The position numbers and the translations under genes were made by a program. This document shows positions 9,480 to 17,314 of a stretch of DNA of 28,937 bases, piece after piece (the stretch's first letter is position 1; every line of letters starts with the position of its first letter). The notes beneath the pieces are model-generated. The model had not been told where the DNA came from, searched no databases, and was given only the letters and a program-made list of their open reading frames with translations. Source of the DNA: a virus (taxonomy: Duplodnaviria > Caudoviricetes); the IMG/VR virus record IMGVR_UViG_3300048891_000010, positions 1 through 28,937 of that record; one strand, given 5' to 3'.

Positions 9480-9725
9480 CTAGCGCGCGCGTATCCGCCG
9501 CTTCTTGGCCTTGGCCTTCTTTTTGATCTTGCCGTTGGCCTTGCTGGCCTTGGCCATTTTCGCCTTGGCCTTGCTCGCCTTCTTAGCCTTTTTCTTGGCC
9601 TTTTTCTTCTTCTTGCGTTTTGGCGGGATCACCTCGGACCCTGGCGGCTCGTTGATACTCGGAATATTCGTCTCAGCCAGCACCGCCGGCGGAGTTGCCG
9701 GCACGTTTTCTGGATCTCCACGCAT
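9480..9725 (-). CDS. Lys/Ala-rich histone H1-like basic protein
   Basis: Start reassigned to MRGDPENVP (ATG 9725, RBS AAGGGAGA), giving 81 aa that end in KRKKKKKAKKKAKKASKAKAK...KKRRIRAR. Confidence 0.7.
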   Translation of the reverse strand: MRGDPENVPATPPAVLAETNIPSINEPPGSEVIPPKRKKKKKAKKKAKKASKAKAKMAKASKANGKIKKKAKAKKRRIRAR

Positions 9726-9750
9726 ATCAATCTCCCTTGGGTTAAGTTTC

Positions 9751-11616
9751 CTACCACCTGCCAGGTATTGCATACATTTTGCGACCAAACTCCAGCGCAC
9801 CTGGATCTCCAAAGTCTGGCAGATGGAAGTCGTTGTCTCTGTAGAACGTGTCGTACCCGGTAAACCTAAGCGCAATGCGCTCGGCAGGCATCTTGTAATT
9901 ACCGCGGCGCAAGACTGCCGCCGTACCTGTGAATACAAACTGGCCGGTGCCAACCGGCAGGTTTCGGATCCTGATGAGCCCAGTGTCGCTGCCGCTGAAG
10001 ACAAACGACACCGGCGTGGCGAGCAGGACGGCGTTGGTGTGGTAGGCGAGGCCGGCGCCGTAACCGGTGAGCGTGAAAGCGCCAGTGTCAGCAGCCAGGG
10101 TTAACTTCCTGACCTGGATCAGGTTTGCGGTCTTGCCGCTGAGGACAAATGCGCCGGTCGTAACCGGCATGACGCGGTAGCGGCCAAGTTTTGTAACGGT
10201 GCCAGCGAGATTGAACGCCGCCGTTGTCGCAGTAATCCGGCGCGCCGCGCGCAAGCCTGTCGGCCAGGCCGACACAAAGAACGGCTGCGTCGTTGCAGAC
10301 AGCGTGTAGTGGTTGACCAGCGAGCCGTAGACGAGATTGACGGTCTTGCCGCTGAAAACGAACGAGCCTGTCGCGGCTCCAATGCCTTTCTTGTAGATCA
10401 GACCTGTGCTGGTGCCGGTAAGCGTGAAGGCGCCGGTTGCCGCCGCTAGGATGTAAGCGCGCCTGTAAACAAGGTTGGCGGCAGTACCGGCGAGCGAAAA
10501 CGCACCGGTCGCCACCGACATGCCGTGCTTGAAAAGAAAACCGGCACTGACGCCAGTGAGCGTGACCGCGCCTGTCGCTGCCGTCAGCGTGTATGTCGCG
10601 CCGGCCGGCGCTGGTGTCGCTGTCGCGCTGACCTGAGTACCGTAGACCGTGAACTCGAGGGTGTTGGTTTCGTGAACCAGCACACCGCCGATCGGCGTGG
10701 CGAGAACATACTGACGGCTGACCACAGCCGGCGGCTTTGGCGTGTAAGTTAGGGTGGTGGCAACGCCAGTAAGCGTGAATGCCGCTGGTGCCGCCGGCAT
10801 GATGGTAGCCGCGCGGTGATAAACGAAATTGGCGGCAATGCCGGTGAGCGCGAAAGCAACCGGATCTGCGGCCATGACGTAGGCAGCACCGCCGGGCTTC
10901 TTACGCAGCCGCGTCGGCCGAAACATCGCATAAGGATCGGCGTAGAGATCGGCTACTTCCTTTGCCGACATTCCCCGCTGCCAAAGCATGACGTGATCGA
11001 CATCGGCATCTGGAATGCGTGACGGAGGGCCACCGACATACGAGGCCAGTAGTCCACAAACCTGAGCGTTATCTGTCGGACCTGTGGTCGTTACGACTGA
11101 CGCAACAAGCGCACCGTTGACGTAAAGAGCCCACTTCGCACCGTCGAACGTACCGACAACGTGATACCAAACCTCAAGACTATGAGTGTTTGGATCTGTG
11201 ACTGCTATTCCATTGTCGGTGGGATTATACGTCTGAAATGTAAAGTTTCCGCCGTTGGAGCGAAGGACGAGCGGTTCAGTCGCACCGTCATAACCTTTTT
11301 GAAAATAAGTACTCCATGTCGCGTATGAGTGCTCTTTTGTCAGCGCAGAAACAGTGACCGGTCCAACCGCTTTAAAATGCGGCATCGTACCTAAAGCAAA
11401 AGACATGCTTCCGGCTGTGTGATAGGCCCAACCACTCGGGCCGGGGAACCACTGGTTAGACGACATCCCGGCAACGCCAGCGCCGTGCGCCTCGCAGCCA
11501 GACGAGTCGATGGCAGTGTTGATTGATCCTTCAGCAAACAGCCACGCGCCCCTCAAACCCTGCGCGAGCGGATGCCCCCTCTGAAGCCGCGGGAAGGGGG
11601 GCTTTGCGATCGGCAT
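9751..11616 (-). CDS. LamG (concanavalin A-like) domain fibre protein with repetitive shaft
   Basis: 621 aa. N-terminal LamG signature WYHVVGTFDG..ALYVNG...IPDADVDHVMLWQR; C-terminal ~22-25-aa repeats of LxAATGAFxLxG. Confidence 0.8.
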   Translation of the reverse strand: MPIAKPPFPRLQRGHPLAQGLRGAWLFAEGSINTAIDSSGCEAHGAGVAGMSSNQWFPGPSGWAYHTAGSMSFALGTMPHFKAVGPVTVSALTKEHSYATWSTYFQKGYDGATEPLVLRSNGGNFTFQTYNPTDNGIAVTDPNTHSLEVWYHVVGTFDGAKWALYVNGALVASVVTTTGPTDNAQVCGLLASYVGGPPSRIPDADVDHVMLWQRGMSAKEVADLYADPYAMFRPTRLRKKPGGAAYVMAADPVAFALTGIAANFVYHRAATIMPAAPAAFTLTGVATTLTYTPKPPAVVSRQYVLATPIGGVLVHETNTLEFTVYGTQVSATATPAPAGATYTLTAATGAVTLTGVSAGFLFKHGMSVATGAFSLAGTAANLVYRRAYILAAATGAFTLTGTSTGLIYKKGIGAATGSFVFSGKTVNLVYGSLVNHYTLSATTQPFFVSAWPTGLRAARRITATTAAFNLAGTVTKLGRYRVMPVTTGAFVLSGKTANLIQVRKLTLAADTGAFTLTGYGAGLAYHTNAVLLATPVSFVFSGSDTGLIRIRNLPVGTGQFVFTGTAAVLRRGNYKMPAERIALRFTGYDTFYRDNDFHLPDFGDPGALEFGRKMYAIPGRW

Positions 11617-11993
11617 TAGAGTGCCGTGATGTTGGAAATGTCCGCGTCGACCGTTACGTTTTGACCAGTGTTGGAGCCAGCGATAAGACGCACAGCCTCG
11701 ACACCGGGTGGAATTTCAACAGAAAAATCTCTGGTAAAAGTGTTGTTGATATCACCAACACACGGTCCACCAAAGTTCATCGCCAAGGTTGGCGATCCGG
11801 CATTCCAGTTGTTGGCAACTTGCACCTGAACCTGCGCCGGTACCGTTGGCCCGGTGCTACCGTTGATGAGGCGGAAGTTAACCTGTGCGCCATAGCCACC
11901 CGACAAATCAATCCACGAACTTGTTGTATTACCGGCGCTCGCCGTCAGCGTCTGTGTCGCCCAGATACTCGTCCTAATTTTTGTTGCAGCCAT
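11616..11993 (-). CDS. Small beta-rich structural/fibre-associated protein
   Basis: 125 aa, Thr/Asn/Val-rich; TAATG overlap with the LamG gene. Confidence 0.65.
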   Translation of the reverse strand: MAATKIRTSIWATQTLTASAGNTTSSWIDLSGGYGAQVNFRLINGSTGPTVPAQVQVQVANNWNAGSPTLAMNFGGPCVGDINNTFTRDFSVEIPPGVEAVRLIAGSNTGQNVTVDADISNITAL

Positions 11994-12006
11994 TGCGCGT
12001 TACTCC

Positions 12007-12444
12007 TCACGGCGGCAGGGGTGTGACGGGCGGCGCAGTCTGAATGCCGGCAGACACCAGATCCTGACCGGTGATCGCATGCGGGTAACCGGCCGACTGC
12101 CACCACGGGATTTTCGGCGTGTCGAAACTGTCAGTGTATGGCTTAAGGTTGGTTTGTGTTTTCGTGCCGGCCGGGAATGTCGTCAGCCACAGCGCGCGCA
12201 TGTTGCTGCCGGGAGAAAAGTCGATCGTACTGAGCGCAAGATTGCGCTGGATTGGTTGCTGCTTGAGATTAGTCAGAGCATCGTACTCGCCGCGATCGGT
12301 GCGGTTGTAGATCTCAGTCGCCGGCACGATCATCTTGATCGCCGGCCCGGTCACCGTCTGTGCGTTGACCCACGTCAGCTTCTGATCGTTGGTGCCGGCC
12401 GGCGCCTGCGCCCACTTGGCGACTAGTGCATCCCAATAAGCCAT
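12007..12444 (-). CDS. Hypothetical protein in the fibre cassette
   Basis: 145-aa ORF in operon context. Confidence 0.65.
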   Translation of the reverse strand: MAYWDALVAKWAQAPAGTNDQKLTWVNAQTVTGPAIKMIVPATEIYNRTDRGEYDALTNLKQQPIQRNLALSTIDFSPGSNMRALWLTTFPAGTKTQTNLKPYTDSFDTPKIPWWQSAGYPHAITGQDLVSAGIQTAPPVTPLPP

Positions 12445-12454
12445 GTGCTTACCC

Positions 12455-13975
12455 CTAACTCAGCGTGATCATCGGATCGATGTAGATGCCATTGAGCGAA
12501 GCCTTCGCCACTTTCGGATAAACCGTAATCAATCCCGCCATACCTATCGAACCTGTCGTGATCGTCTGCTTGAAGCGCCACATTGCCTTGAACGTCGCGC
12601 CGCCATCCGTAATCGTGCCACCATCGATAGCTGTCGCATAACCGCCCGGTTCACTACTCGCGCTGGTGCCAGCAATCGTACAAACAAACAAACGCCCGGC
12701 ATTAGAAGCAACCTTCCTTATATCGCCTACACTGTATGCAGTACTGTTTGCACGTAACGTTGTGCAATCCCACGCTACCGTCGATGCCGTCAGTGCTGTA
12801 GCGCCACCTAATGGCGATGGTTTTGTATTGCGGTGATAAGTGCCGGTTGGATATGAAGTATTCTCCAGCGCCTCAACATCGAACCAGACATCGTCATTAT
12901 TCGGCAGCGCAGAAAAGTCGCGCGGATCAGCAATGCCTTCGACAGCGACGTTGACGGCAGCGCCGGTTGTTATATTCCAGATTGACAACGGCAGCAGTTT
13001 GAACTGGAAGTGCCACAGATTGTTGGCGTTGGTGGTCACCAGCCACGAATACGGAGTGCCCTGCGATGCGCCACTGGTTCTAAACACAGATGCTACGGTA
13101 TGTAGCTCGCCACAATAATCGTACAGATCATTCTTGTAGTTAGTCGCACCGCTGTCACAGTTGATAACATAGATTGAATTTTGCTGCGGACGCAGCGCAG
13201 CGGCCACTGTGAACAGACCTGTAATCGCCGGAAGTTTGCAATCTTTAAAAATGAACAGCATGTTGCCGTTGCTGTTACTTGATGCGAGCGTCGTGCCGGA
13301 AAATGCACTGAAATCACATCCTTCAAATATCAAATTGGAGTTGGTCAAACTTGGCAGAAATAATTGAGAAGGTGATCCGCCGGCAAACAAAAAAGTGCAA
13401 TTTATAAGTTTTTTCCACCCGCTAACGATAGGCGACTGCGCTGCGTTTTCGCACGAAAACACACAATTTTTAAACTCTTGATAGGCTGAACCGGCTGCCT
13501 GAAAAATCCTTTGTAACGCATTTGTCCCCCGGTTCACGAACGAGCAGTTTTCAAACAAGAAAGTATTGGCACTCTGCGTCAGGATGGCACCGGTTGTTGT
13601 GCTGTTGCCGATAGCGCAAATGACGTATAGCCCGTAAATATGTCCGTTACCGTTAAAAATAACATTCGCATCCCCCGACACCATTCCGCCGGTCGCCGTT
13701 CCGGTTTTTAGATCGGCAGAAGTCGGAGACGCCTTGGTATGGTCAACAACCCACAGATGGTTTGGCGTGGACGTAGTGCTGAAACCGGGGAAGTTAAAAT
13801 TTAAATTGGTGGTAGAAGTAAATTCCGTATGATCGTCGCCAACAAATACGTTGTCAGTACCGGCCACAATTGGCCGCGCCAGACACGCGGCCAGCGTCAG
13901 GTAGGCATTGGCCCACGATGAGCCGTTGCCTGCCCCGCCTACTCCGCTGGCGCTGCTGACAAAATAATTCGCCAT
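12455..13975 (-). CDS. Putative beta-helix fibre/spike protein with C-terminal carbohydrate-binding-like motif
   Basis: 506 aa. YFVSS..G.GNGSSWANAY start, repeated FENCSF/FKNCVF/LINCTF/FEGCDF/FKDCKL rungs, and RANSTAYSVGD...LFVCTIAGTS; visibly AT-richer than its flanks. Confidence 0.7.
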   Translation of the reverse strand: MANYFVSSASGVGGAGNGSSWANAYLTLAACLARPIVAGTDNVFVGDDHTEFTSTTNLNFNFPGFSTTSTPNHLWVVDHTKASPTSADLKTGTATGGMVSGDANVIFNGNGHIYGLYVICAIGNSTTTGAILTQSANTFLFENCSFVNRGTNALQRIFQAAGSAYQEFKNCVFSCENAAQSPIVSGWKKLINCTFLFAGGSPSQLFLPSLTNSNLIFEGCDFSAFSGTTLASSNSNGNMLFIFKDCKLPAITGLFTVAAALRPQQNSIYVINCDSGATNYKNDLYDYCGELHTVASVFRTSGASQGTPYSWLVTTNANNLWHFQFKLLPLSIWNITTGAAVNVAVEGIADPRDFSALPNNDDVWFDVEALENTSYPTGTYHRNTKPSPLGGATALTASTVAWDCTTLRANSTAYSVGDIRKVASNAGRLFVCTIAGTSASSEPGGYATAIDGGTITDGGATFKAMWRFKQTITTGSIGMAGLITVYPKVAKASLNGIYIDPMITLS

Positions 13976-13982
13976 CGATGAC

Positions 13983-14408
13983 CTACTGCAGCGTCAGCAC
14001 ACCGTTGGTGCCGTCGAAGTCGACGGTGAAGGTTTCGGTGTCGTTAAGCGTGATGCTCGAGCCGTAATCGTACGAGCCGACCACCTTGTTCGATGCGCTG
14101 CTGTTGTAGAGGACAACGTAGCGGAACGGCCCGATCGTGCCGCCCGCCGCAGTGAACACGCTGTCGGCCAGCACCAGCTTGAAAACACCGCTCGATGTCG
14201 CCGCGCTCGAGGTGGTGAGCGTGTTGCCGCCGGCGGTGTAGCCGGATCCTGCTGCCGGCGGCGGGTAAACGCCGGCGCTCCAGATCGTGTCACTCGCCGG
14301 CGTCGGCGGCGTGTTGGTCAGGGCGGCCTTGAACACGGCCGTCTGCAGGTTGTGTCCCCCTTTCGACACTTCATCGATGAACGTGTTGTACTTGACGAAG
14401 GTCGCCAT
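13983..14408 (-). CDS. Small virion structural protein (fibre base/connector-like)
   Basis: 141 aa, GSGYTAGGNTL...GPFRYVVLYN...DYGSSITL..ETFTVDF, a pattern typical of phage structural proteins found next to fibre genes. Confidence 0.7.
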   Translation of the reverse strand: MATFVKYNTFIDEVSKGGHNLQTAVFKAALTNTPPTPASDTIWSAGVYPPPAAGSGYTAGGNTLTTSSAATSSGVFKLVLADSVFTAAGGTIGPFRYVVLYNSSASNKVVGSYDYGSSITLNDTETFTVDFDGTNGVLTLQ

Positions 14409-14420
14409 GATCTCTTTCCC

Positions 14421-14873
14421 CTATTTGCGCGGCCGCGGCTTGTTGCTGGTTCTGCGCTTGCTCGTCTCTGTGTCGGCCGCCGGCTCTGCATCAAACGTGA
14501 AGTCCATTGTGTTGGACAGCATCGCGCCGTTGCGCACCTGCACCGGCACGACATCAGCGCCTTTCCAGACCTCCATGTCGACACCGGTCGACAACGTGCC
14601 GTCCTCTTCGTTGAAGGTTGTCGGCTCGTCATGACCAGCAAACACGATCACGCTGGCAGCACTAAAGCCCTCGCCCTCAACATCGAGCGTGAAACTGTCG
14701 TCGCCGATCGTGGCAACGTCTGGCACCAGCCCCGTGACATTCGGCATCACATCCGGTTCGGGTTGGTCCGGTATGTTGCTGCCAATCGTCGAGCCTTCCG
14801 GCTCATTGATGCTGGCCATGCTGCCCTGGCCAGCGAGAGGTGTATCGCCTTTCGGCTTGGGATCCTCGGTCAT
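14421..14873 (-). CDS. IPT/TIG (Ig-like) domain protein, acidic with basic tail
   Basis: 150 aa, VTGLVPD...LDVEGEGF...VIVF...VPVQVRNG...SN..DFTF is an IPT/TIG pattern. Confidence 0.7.
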   Translation of the reverse strand: MTEDPKPKGDTPLAGQGSMASINEPEGSTIGSNIPDQPEPDVMPNVTGLVPDVATIGDDSFTLDVEGEGFSAASVIVFAGHDEPTTFNEEDGTLSTGVDMEVWKGADVVPVQVRNGAMLSNTMDFTFDAEPAADTETSKRRTSNKPRPRK

Positions 14874-15613
14874 GTGAATGTCCAGTTCTGTGGGGCTGTA
14901 GTGACGCCGTTGGAGGTGACGGTCACCGGCACGGTGCCGGCCGTCGCCTTCTTCGGCGCGTTGGTGACAGTCAGCGATGTCGCGCTGACGTAGTTGGTCT
15001 GATACGGAACGCCGTTGATATTAACGACACTGGCGCGATTGAAGTTGGTACCGGTTGCCGTGAGCAACGTATAACCTGCACCAGAGACATTGCTGGCGCC
15101 AGATGCGCCGGTCAGCGTGGGCACAGCCGTCCCCGACAGCGTCGAAGCATGCGAGGCATTCGGTCCCGCCGCGAGCGTTGCCGCGGTTTGCACCGGCCCA
15201 CTACTGACTGAGGCCGTGGGACATTCAGCACGGCTGCCTGGCGCCGCCACCAACGTCTCGGTGCCAGCTCCCTCATGCGCCACGCTCGAGCTGGCCGGCA
15301 CGGCGCCGACGTTGTTGACCGTCGTCCCGGTACCGGTGCCAGGGTAAGTGCCCTCGGTGCCGCCGGCCGTGGCGCCAGATCCAGACGCCAATGCCGTAGT
15401 GTTTGCAGCAAACGTCGTCAGCGGACCCGCGGCACCGTCATCGAAATAGGGCGGCGGAAAATCTTTCGGATTGACGCTGCTCCAGTTCTTTGGGTCGTTC
15501 ATCGTGTTCTTGGTGAAGTTTGGCACGTTGGTTGGTGGCGTCCCGCCGGTGCAGGGAAAATTGGTTGGCGGTGTCGGGTTAGGCGGTGTCACGGTCAGCG
15601 CATTTTGAGCCAT
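14870..15613 (-). CDS. Virion decoration-type protein with C-terminal IPT/TIG domain
   Basis: 247 aa, P/T/A/G-rich with C-terminal LTATGTNF...VNING...YVSATSLT...VPVTVT; RBS GGAGG. Confidence 0.72.
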   Translation of the reverse strand: MAQNALTVTPPNPTPPTNFPCTGGTPPTNVPNFTKNTMNDPKNWSSVNPKDFPPPYFDDGAAGPLTTFAANTTALASGSGATAGGTEGTYPGTGTGTTVNNVGAVPASSSVAHEGAGTETLVAAPGSRAECPTASVSSGPVQTAATLAAGPNASHASTLSGTAVPTLTGASGASNVSGAGYTLLTATGTNFNRASVVNINGVPYQTNYVSATSLTVTNAPKKATAGTVPVTVTSNGVTTAPQNWTFT

Positions 15614-15628
15614 GCGGCCCTCCTGTGG

Positions 15629-17314
15629 TTAGTCGTATTGATCTTGCCGCGCCAGGTCACCCATGGCGCCATTCCCCTGACTGTTCTGCCACTTTCGATA
15701 TGCACCCCAAATCACAGGCGAGGCTACCAGCATTTGCGACAACAGGTTGGCGTTTCCACTGCGCAACATTTTATCCAGTGCGTCAGTGCTGATGCCCATG
15801 TGATCAGCCTTCTTCTGCACTAGCTCGTGGAAGATATCAGCATAAGACTTACTCTCGCCGGTGATCGCGCTGCCTCTAAACTTGGTGCCGAATAGCTGGC
15901 TGGTGTTCTTGATCGTCTCGCGAATACCGGTCCACACATCAGCGCTATAGTCGCGCGGATCGCGGCCGACAGCTCGAGCTGCGTCGCTGACGTGGCCTTT
16001 GACGTAATCGTAATCGCCAACACCTCTTTTCGGCGTCCCAGTGTTGATGACGCCTTCCTGGGCGTTGGCAAATATTCCGCGCGCAGGATCCTCGGTAAGA
16101 CGCGCCCAATGGCGATCGAGCACAACGGCATTGGGATCCCCCGACATCGCCATCGCTTCTTCGCGCACCTTGGCGCGCTGCAGCTGATCGAGGTTGCCAG
16201 CCGCGGCCTTGTTCAAGTTGGCAATGCGACTTTGCTCCAGCGGAATTTGCTTGCCTGCGCTCCACGGCCCCATGCCGCCTTCTGGGATGCGGTAATCAGG
16301 TTGAATGATCGGCTCGCCACTGATGTGACGCCGCATGTATTCCGACATCGCCCGCATGTTGTCGTACGGGTTCGACACCGGCGCCGTTGCGGCTGAGAAG
16401 CCTGCGACTTGCGGCAGGTTCTCGGTGCCATACGCGCGCTCGAATGCAGAGCCGTGCATGTCCCACCACTCTTTGCTGGGAAATTTGCTGAGATAGTCGC
16501 GTCCAGTGCCAGCCATCTCATCCATGCGCGCCTTGAACTCGGGCGAGGCAACGAAGTCACGCCAATTGCCGATCGGAAAGCTTTCGCCGGCGCCGACGTT
16601 GTAGCCGGCAAGCTGTCCTGTGCGCTCGCCTGTTTTGGTCGCCAAGCGGATTTTATCAACCGGATACTGTTGCGCGACATCGAGGTAGATCTTGCCGTCA
16701 GGTCCAACCCAAGTACCCAGGTGAGCACCTTCTTTGGCAAGGGCCGCGGCGTTGGTTGCGGCATGTTGCTCGATCGCAGCTGGGTTAAAACCCTCTTGCG
16801 GCACCACCAGGTTGCGTGGATCGGTGTTTTTGTATTTACCGACCATCAACCCCTCTGACGGGATCTGACCGCTCGGCAGGTTTACGGAGTAGCCGCCTTT
16901 CTCCATGGTGCCGCCATAGATCGCTTCCGGCGTTGTTGTTGGGTGGGCACCCAGTTCGGCAATAGATCCTGGCGCGAACCCCTTGGCTGGCCCCTTCACA
17001 CCTTTGGTGACGCCGCCAAAACCGCCAAACAGATCCTGCTCTGGCGAGCTGTCAGCAGCCAATGAAGAAACGACTGCCGGTACGCCACCTCGCTGATAAT
17101 CAGCAACCCTCTTTGCCTCTGCCTCCTGCATCTTCTCCATCCAGCTTTGCGGCCGGACGTAGTCATACGTTGCCTCTGGCGGTTGCTGCCCCGACAACAT
17201 CCAATCTTCTGGCGTCAGTCCGCCGACGGCATTCCGCGGCGGCTGCATCTGCGTCTCGTCGGGATAGAGATCCGACCGCGCCAGCTCGCCCATGACATAG
17301 TCGTCATCAGCCAT
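15629..17314 (-). CDS. Multi-domain hypothetical protein, candidate virion-packaged effector (HhH-glycosylase-like C-terminal domain)
   Basis: 561 aa; start overlaps the portal stop. Motifs AATAP..N..N...KV...VVLDRHW...Y...AA..VG..P...A.VW..IR. The peptide MG(E/D)LARxDxY occurs at both termini. Confidence 0.7.
   Translation of the reverse strand: MADDDYVMGELARSDLYPDETQMQPPRNAVGGLTPEDWMLSGQQPPEATYDYVRPQSWMEKMQEAEAKRVADYQRGGVPAVVSSLAADSSPEQDLFGGFGGVTKGVKGPAKGFAPGSIAELGAHPTTTPEAIYGGTMEKGGYSVNLPSGQIPSEGLMVGKYKNTDPRNLVVPQEGFNPAAIEQHAATNAAALAKEGAHLGTWVGPDGKIYLDVAQQYPVDKIRLATKTGERTGQLAGYNVGAGESFPIGNWRDFVASPEFKARMDEMAGTGRDYLSKFPSKEWWDMHGSAFERAYGTENLPQVAGFSAATAPVSNPYDNMRAMSEYMRRHISGEPIIQPDYRIPEGGMGPWSAGKQIPLEQSRIANLNKAAAGNLDQLQRAKVREEAMAMSGDPNAVVLDRHWARLTEDPARGIFANAQEGVINTGTPKRGVGDYDYVKGHVSDAARAVGRDPRDYSADVWTGIRETIKNTSQLFGTKFRGSAITGESKSYADIFHELVQKKADHMGISTDALDKMLRSGNANLLSQMLVASPVIWGAYRKWQNSQGNGAMGDLARQDQYD

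Noticed and set aside
9726-10004. N-terminal extension of the Lys-rich ORF to 174 aa
   Set aside because: It overlaps the LamG gene out of frame; the ATG at 9725 has a clear RBS.
9751-13975. Diversity-generating retroelement targeting the fibre genes
   Set aside because: No reverse transcriptase and no TR/VR pair differing at adenines was seen in the window.
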